A DNA stretch of 64,000 nt from an uncultured Gammaproteobacteria bacterium. GTDB lineage: Bacteria > Patescibacteriota > Patescibacteriia > UBA10025 > JAHIVO01. The DNA is taken from the NCBI GenBank assembly GCA_964415025.1, contig CAYPXF010000003.1, positions 41,523 through 105,522 of the forward strand, read 5' to 3'. The position numbers were made by a program, and so were the translations under genes. Below the pieces are notes generated by a model that saw nothing but the letters and a program-made list of their open reading frames with translations, made no database searches and was not told the origin of the DNA. The first letter of the stretch is position 1. Every line of letters begins with the position of its first letter. Of the stretch, positions 59,410 through 64,000 are shown piece by piece.

Positions 59410-60435
59410 GTGAAAAAGGCACTACATTACGACACATTAGACAAAAACCGCGTACAGTGCCACGTATGTAACCACCACTGTACGATCGAACCCGGCAAGC
59501 GGGGTATTTGCGCTGTCCGTGAAAACCATGACGGTCGGCTCGACCTTTTGGTATATGGCAAGGCGATTTCAGCATCAATCGATCCAATTGAGAAAAAACC
59601 ATTATTCCATTTCCTGCCCGGCACTACCGCGCTGTCAATCGCGACGGTCGGCTGTAATTTCCGGTGTGATAATTGCCAGAACTGGCAAATTTCCCAGGCC
59701 TCGAAACAGACCGGATACACTGATTTGGAAATTATGGGCGAAGACCTGCCGCCTGAACAAGTCGTCGCTGATGCTGCGGAGCATAATTGCGCCAGTATTG
59801 CCTACACCTATACCGAGCCCACGATCTGGATGGAATATGCGCTTGACTGCATGAAGCTGGCACATGATAAACATATCCGTAACGTATGGGTATCAAACGG
59901 CTACATGTCCGAGCAGACCCGCAGCGCCATACTTCCCTACCTTGACGCGATTAACATTGACTTAAAATTTTTCTCTACCAAACAATACCAGAAAACATGC
60001 GGCGGGAGATTAGATCCAATCCTGAGTAACCTCAAATTCTTTAAACAAAATAATGTGTGGGTAGAGGTAACTACCTTATCAATACCTACCTTGAGCGATG
60101 ATGAGGGACAATTCAGGAATATTGCCGACTTTATTGCTCATGAACTAGGTACGGAAACACCGTGGCATGTATCTGCGTTTTTCCCGAAAATCTCGTACAA
60201 ACTCCGCGATCTGCCGCCGACAAAGGCAAAAACTGTTGAGCGGGCCGTAGCCATCGGAAAAAAAGCAGGATTGCGGCATGTATATAGCGGTAACGTTTCT
60301 GGCCTTGGCTCACAGCACACAAAATGTCCAAAATGTGGTAGTATAGTAATCGACCGTAACGGGTATCATGCTAAACGCCATGATAACCAAGGTGTTTGCC
60401 CGGATTGCGGTTATAAAATAGCTATGATTATATAA
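59410..60435 (+). CDS. amrS: AmmeMemoRadiSam system radical SAM enzyme
   Basis: DPIEKKPLFHF, CNFRCDNC (Cx3Cx2C), AYTYTEP; amrA and amrB nearby. Confidence 0.93.
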   Translation: MKKALHYDTLDKNRVQCHVCNHHCTIEPGKRGICAVRENHDGRLDLLVYGKAISASIDPIEKKPLFHFLPGTTALSIATVGCNFRCDNCQNWQISQASKQTGYTDLEIMGEDLPPEQVVADAAEHNCASIAYTYTEPTIWMEYALDCMKLAHDKHIRNVWVSNGYMSEQTRSAILPYLDAINIDLKFFSTKQYQKTCGGRLDPILSNLKFFKQNNVWVEVTTLSIPTLSDDEGQFRNIADFIAHELGTETPWHVSAFFPKISYKLRDLPPTKAKTVERAVAIGKKAGLRHVYSGNVSGLGSQHTKCPKCGSIVIDRNGYHAKRHDNQGVCPDCGYKIAMII

Positions 60436-60439
60436 AAAT

Positions 60440-61819
60440 ATGCCCTACAAAAAATTATTCGCTAGCATAACAATACTTTTACTCCTGGCACCGAGCATTG
60501 TCCAGGCTGCCAGCTTTTCACCGCATCTTATTATTTCTGACGCCGATCTCCAGAGTGCCGGTATGTCAGTAGAACGCATTCAGCGGTTTTTAGACGACAA
60601 GGGAAATCTAGGCTCGATCCGGGCTGATGATCCCTGGGGCAATACTAAAACGGCCGCGCAAATCATATATGACGCGGCTAAGCATTGGCGTATCAGTCCC
60701 CAGTACCTCATGGTCCGTATGCAGATAGAACAAAGTCTGATTACCGGCTCTGTTACCCAGCGCCGATTGGACTGGGCTACCGGCTACGGGGTATGTGACG
60801 GCTGCTCAAAAGACGATCCTCGGATACAGCAGTACCAGGGCTTTTTTAACCAGGTAAACTGGGCCGCCCGAAAAGTTCGCCAAAGCTATCTCACTGATCT
60901 GGAAAATAAGGGCATGACTTTTACTGGCTGGGGTCCGGGAATAACCAAGCGTACCGGCGATAATTTTGACGTCACGCCAGCGAATAATGCCACCGCCGCG
61001 CTGTATACCTATACCCCCTATGTATACAATGCTAATTATAATATTTGGCGTTTTTGGAATGACTGGTTTACTAAGCAATATCCTGATGGCTCACTGCTCC
61101 AGGTCCATGGCGAACCAGGTGTATACCTGATACAGGATGGTAAAAAGCGCGCCTTCACTTCTAGGACAGCGCTGGTCACACGGTATGACCCCTCCCGTAT
61201 TATCCAGGTATCGTTAAGCGACATAGACGCATACGAGAACGGCCAGCCCTTCAAATTCGCTAATTACTCACTAGTACGTTCAGCGCAGTCAGGCCGCGTG
61301 TTCCTGATTGACGGCAACGAACGCCGCTATATTGAGTCGCCGGAAGTTTTCAGAAAAATCGGATTTAATCCAGAGGAAATAATCGTAGTCAATGAGTCAG
61401 AACTGTCGCCGTATGACTTCGGGACTAACATAAACATGCAGAGCATCCACCCGACCGGCGTTTTACTACAGTCAAAAGAAACCGGCGGTATCACGTACGT
61501 TGAAAACGGCATACGCCATTCCATATGGTCCCGAGAAATTTTACAAAACCGCTATAGCCATCTCACGCCAGTTATCGTAGAGCAATCCACTATTGATCAA
61601 TATTCCAAAGGAGATCCGGTCAAATTCAAGGACGGAGAGCTGATTACTTCACCCGGCTCACGCGGCGTATATTTCATTTCCAACGGTTATAAACGCGGCA
61701 TAGCCAATAAAGACACATTTGACGGACTTGGGTTTAGATGGGAAAATATTACCTGGACATCGGACGAGGCTGTCCGAATTCACCCGACTGGTGAGCCAAT
61801 TGACCTTAACTTAATGTAA
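60440..61819 (+). CDS. Secreted protein: putative lysozyme-like glycan hydrolase domain plus four C-terminal repeats
   Basis: Signal peptide; QIEQSLI, ATGYG, PANNATAALYTYTP; repeats G.L......VY.I..G.KR. Confidence 0.65.
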   Translation: MPYKKLFASITILLLLAPSIVQAASFSPHLIISDADLQSAGMSVERIQRFLDDKGNLGSIRADDPWGNTKTAAQIIYDAAKHWRISPQYLMVRMQIEQSLITGSVTQRRLDWATGYGVCDGCSKDDPRIQQYQGFFNQVNWAARKVRQSYLTDLENKGMTFTGWGPGITKRTGDNFDVTPANNATAALYTYTPYVYNANYNIWRFWNDWFTKQYPDGSLLQVHGEPGVYLIQDGKKRAFTSRTALVTRYDPSRIIQVSLSDIDAYENGQPFKFANYSLVRSAQSGRVFLIDGNERRYIESPEVFRKIGFNPEEIIVVNESELSPYDFGTNINMQSIHPTGVLLQSKETGGITYVENGIRHSIWSREILQNRYSHLTPVIVEQSTIDQYSKGDPVKFKDGELITSPGSRGVYFISNGYKRGIANKDTFDGLGFRWENITWTSDEAVRIHPTGEPIDLNLM

Positions 61820-61825
61820 TTTATT

Positions 61826-62626
61826 ATGATAGTTTTTGCCGGAGTAACACCGCACCCACCCATTCTGCTGCCGGAAATTGGTAAAGAAAATACCAAATTC
61901 GTCAGCCAAACAGTTAAAAGTATGCAGCGACTAGCCAGTGAACTGTACGCGGCTAAGCCTGATACCGTTATCCTGATTTCACCGCATGGCCCGATGCTGG
62001 CTGATGCCTTTGCCCTGAATATGGCGCCCGAATTCACCGTAGGGTTTAAAGAATTCGGCGATTTAGCCACAGAATATAAAGTCAAAGGTGATGTCGGACT
62101 GATCCATCATTATAAGGAAATTCTCGAAAGCCAAATGCAGATTGTCCTGGTCAATAAGCCAGCGCTAGACCACGGCGCCGGCGTCCCGCTCCACTTTTTC
62201 TTCCAGGCCATGCCCGCTGACTCATTTTCACTGGTACCGATGTCCTTTTCATTGCTTGACTATGCTACGCATTTTACCTTTGGCCGCAAACTGCAGGAAG
62301 ATATTATCAATGATACCAAACGGATTGCAATTATTGCTTCTGGCGATTTATCCCACCGCTTGACAGAGGATGCGCCGGCTGGCTACTCGCACTGGGCGAA
62401 GAAATTTGATGAGACCTTGCTCGAAAAAGTCCAGGCTAAGGACCACGAAGCGCTCATCAATATGGATACGGATTTTATTGAGGAAGCTGGCGAATGCGGT
62501 TTGCGTTCAATTATTATCCTGATGGGTATGCTGAACAGCATGAACTATAATCCAGACGTATACTCATATGAAGGGCCATTTGGCGTCGGCTATGCCGTGA
62601 TAAACCTTAAATTAAATAAAAAATAA
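61826..62626 (+). CDS. amrB: AmmeMemoRadiSam system protein B (Memo/LigB-like)
   Basis: PHPP, ISPH, LDHG, IASGDLSH, ECG, YEGPFGVGY. Confidence 0.9.
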   Translation: MIVFAGVTPHPPILLPEIGKENTKFVSQTVKSMQRLASELYAAKPDTVILISPHGPMLADAFALNMAPEFTVGFKEFGDLATEYKVKGDVGLIHHYKEILESQMQIVLVNKPALDHGAGVPLHFFFQAMPADSFSLVPMSFSLLDYATHFTFGRKLQEDIINDTKRIAIIASGDLSHRLTEDAPAGYSHWAKKFDETLLEKVQAKDHEALINMDTDFIEEAGECGLRSIIILMGMLNSMNYNPDVYSYEGPFGVGYAVINLKLNKK

Positions 62627-62630
62627 CCTT

Positions 62631-63314
62631 ATGCCAAAAAAAATATTTTACTTAAGTGTTTTTATCGGATTAGGGTTTATCGCCCTGCACATACCATTTA
62701 CTAATATAATTGGCGCTGAACAGCAATTTACATTATTTGACTTTTTCGCGCCGACCATCGGCGCTTTCCTTGCCTCCGCATGGGGCGCGGTTGCCGTGAT
62801 CAGTGTCAAGGTAATCGACGCGCTCGTCACTAATCAGACTTTGGACACTGCTACGGTCATCCGTTTTTTCCCGCTGGCCCTGGCCGCGCTCTACTTCGGT
62901 GCTCGCAGGTGGCGCGCGGTGGTAGCGATAATACCACTCGTGGCTATGGCGCTCTTCGTACTGCATCCAGAGGGCCGTCAAGCCTGGTATTACAGCCTGT
63001 ACTGGCTCCTACCGATGATCGCGGTATTTGCGCCCCGCAGTCTGGCGCTGCGCAGTATTGGCAGTACGTTTACGGCACATGCGATCGGCAGTATCACTTT
63101 TTTATATGCCTTTAATCTGCCGGCGGCGGTATGGATAGGACTCATACCAATCGTGTTTGTGGAGCGCATGCTGTTTGCCGCCGGCATGATGGCGAGCTAC
63201 ATTGCCTTTAATACCGTCCTGGCCCGTATCGCGAATCAGCTGCGTATTACTTCCTTACAACGCCTGGTGCGCCCAGAATACACCCTTTCGAAAAAACTGC
63301 TCGCGCGCCTATAA
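62631..63314 (+). CDS. Membrane protein, ECF S-component-like
   Basis: About six TM helices, ERML motif near C-terminus. Confidence 0.55.
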   Translation: MPKKIFYLSVFIGLGFIALHIPFTNIIGAEQQFTLFDFFAPTIGAFLASAWGAVAVISVKVIDALVTNQTLDTATVIRFFPLALAALYFGARRWRAVVAIIPLVAMALFVLHPEGRQAWYYSLYWLLPMIAVFAPRSLALRSIGSTFTAHAIGSITFLYAFNLPAAVWIGLIPIVFVERMLFAAGMMASYIAFNTVLARIANQLRITSLQRLVRPEYTLSKKLLARL

Positions 63315-63327
63315 TAATAAATACAAC

Positions 63328-63354
63328 GCAGGCGTCTAAAACGCCTGCTTTTTT
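63328..63354 (+). terminator. Intrinsic terminator
   Basis: GCAGGCGT/ACGCCTGC + T6. Confidence 0.8.
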
Positions 63355-63384
63355 ATCCGTCCGTAATAATGCTATACTATAGGT

Positions 63385-63903
63385 ATGGATGCGTATACGC
63401 AATTAGCCAGACAATCAATCAGTACCTATCTCCAGTCCAGGACGCTGCTCGCCCCTCCGCCTGATTTATCACCTCCGCTGCTCGAACACCAATCTGGGGT
63501 TTTTGTATCACTGCACCGGCGGGAAACAGAAGAGCTCCGCGGCTGTATCGGCACTATACTCCCTACGAAACATACTATTGCCGAAGAAATCATCGCTAAT
63601 GCTGTAAGCGCTGCATTTCGAGATCCCAGGTTTGTCCCGCTTACAGCAGACGAACTGCAGCACATCGAGATAAAAGTTGACGTACTTTCGCCGCTCAGGC
63701 CCGTTTCCAGTATAGATTCGCTCAATCCGGATACGCACGGGTTGCTCGTCAAACACCAAAATAAAACGGGCGTGCTGCTACCAGGAATCGGCATCCCCAG
63801 CGCCGCCGAACAATTCTCCCTGTGTTGCCAAAAAGCGGGTATTGATCCGGGACAATCCGATCCAGCGCTCTACGCCTTTACTGTCGAGCGTCACCGTGAA
63901 TAG
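63385..63903 (+). CDS. amrA: AmmeMemoRadiSam system protein A (AMMECR1 domain)
   Basis: GVFVSL, LRGCIG, DPRF, GVLLP, KAGI. Confidence 0.94.
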   Translation: MDAYTQLARQSISTYLQSRTLLAPPPDLSPPLLEHQSGVFVSLHRRETEELRGCIGTILPTKHTIAEEIIANAVSAAFRDPRFVPLTADELQHIEIKVDVLSPLRPVSSIDSLNPDTHGLLVKHQNKTGVLLPGIGIPSAAEQFSLCCQKAGIDPGQSDPALYAFTVERHRE

Positions 63904-63910
63904 TGAGCCT

Positions 63911-64000
63911 ATGAAAGAACAATTCGCTGAAGTAATTTTATCGCAGCGCTTCCCGAAACACATGGGCATTTTTGATTATGCGGTACCGGCCGCACTGGCT
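63911..64000 (+). CDS. priA: Probable primosomal protein N' N-terminus (truncated by window end)
   Basis: MKEQFAEVIL...GIFDYAVP resembles the PriA N-terminus; only 30 codons visible. Confidence 0.55.
   Translation, partial: MKEQFAEVILSQRFPKHMGIFDYAVPAALA

Noticed and set aside
800-63969. Numerous antisense or nested ORFs in the six-frame track (e.g. 3969-4568, 11908-12426, 47838-48455)
   Set aside because: They overlap well-supported genes and lack motifs or translation signals; treated as shadow ORFs.
1-64000. Alternative genetic code (TGA=Gly, code 25) suggested by two small TGA-containing ORFs
   Set aside because: Core genes such as lysS, serS and the GT4 at 4656-5798 end in TGA and long ORFs are intact under code 11.

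Overview
Chromosomal window of a bacterium using genetic code 11. It is most likely a Patescibacteria/CPR (Parcubacteria-type) genome; this is inferred from gene content, tight SD-less gene junctions, two mreB paralogs, and DUF4012, DUF2207 and Gmad2 proteins. 1-31.8 kb (+ strand) is housekeeping: the end of the ribosomal/alpha operon, a surface-glycan cluster, mreB, holB, frr, rseP, proS, mreBCD-mrdA, greA, lysS, serS, alr, ddl, ftsQ and a frameshifted Cas4-like nuclease. 32-42.6 kb is an accessory region. It starts at a XerC/D-type tyrosine recombinase whose last ~27 codons, including the catalytic Tyr, recur as a diverged, mostly synonymous copy 685 bp downstream. The two copies bracket a NYN RNase gene with a consensus antisense promoter and a small hairpin RNA. 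A co-oriented run of orphan/defence-like genes follows (HEPN-motif protein, membrane proteins, methyltransferase, hydrolase), two of which share junction motifs. This possible self-targeting cassette-capture locus is the main candidate for an undescribed system. 42.6-59.1 kb is mostly minus-strand (M23 peptidase, gltX, permease, macrodomain, nnrD, GWxTD-like lipoprotein, rlmH, DUF2207, YhhQ, WecB/TagA, ThpR) and includes a candidate structured ncRNA and a LexA-type operator. 59.4-64 kb holds an AmmeMemoRadiSam cluster and a probable priA start. No tRNA, rRNA or CRISPR array was seen by eye.
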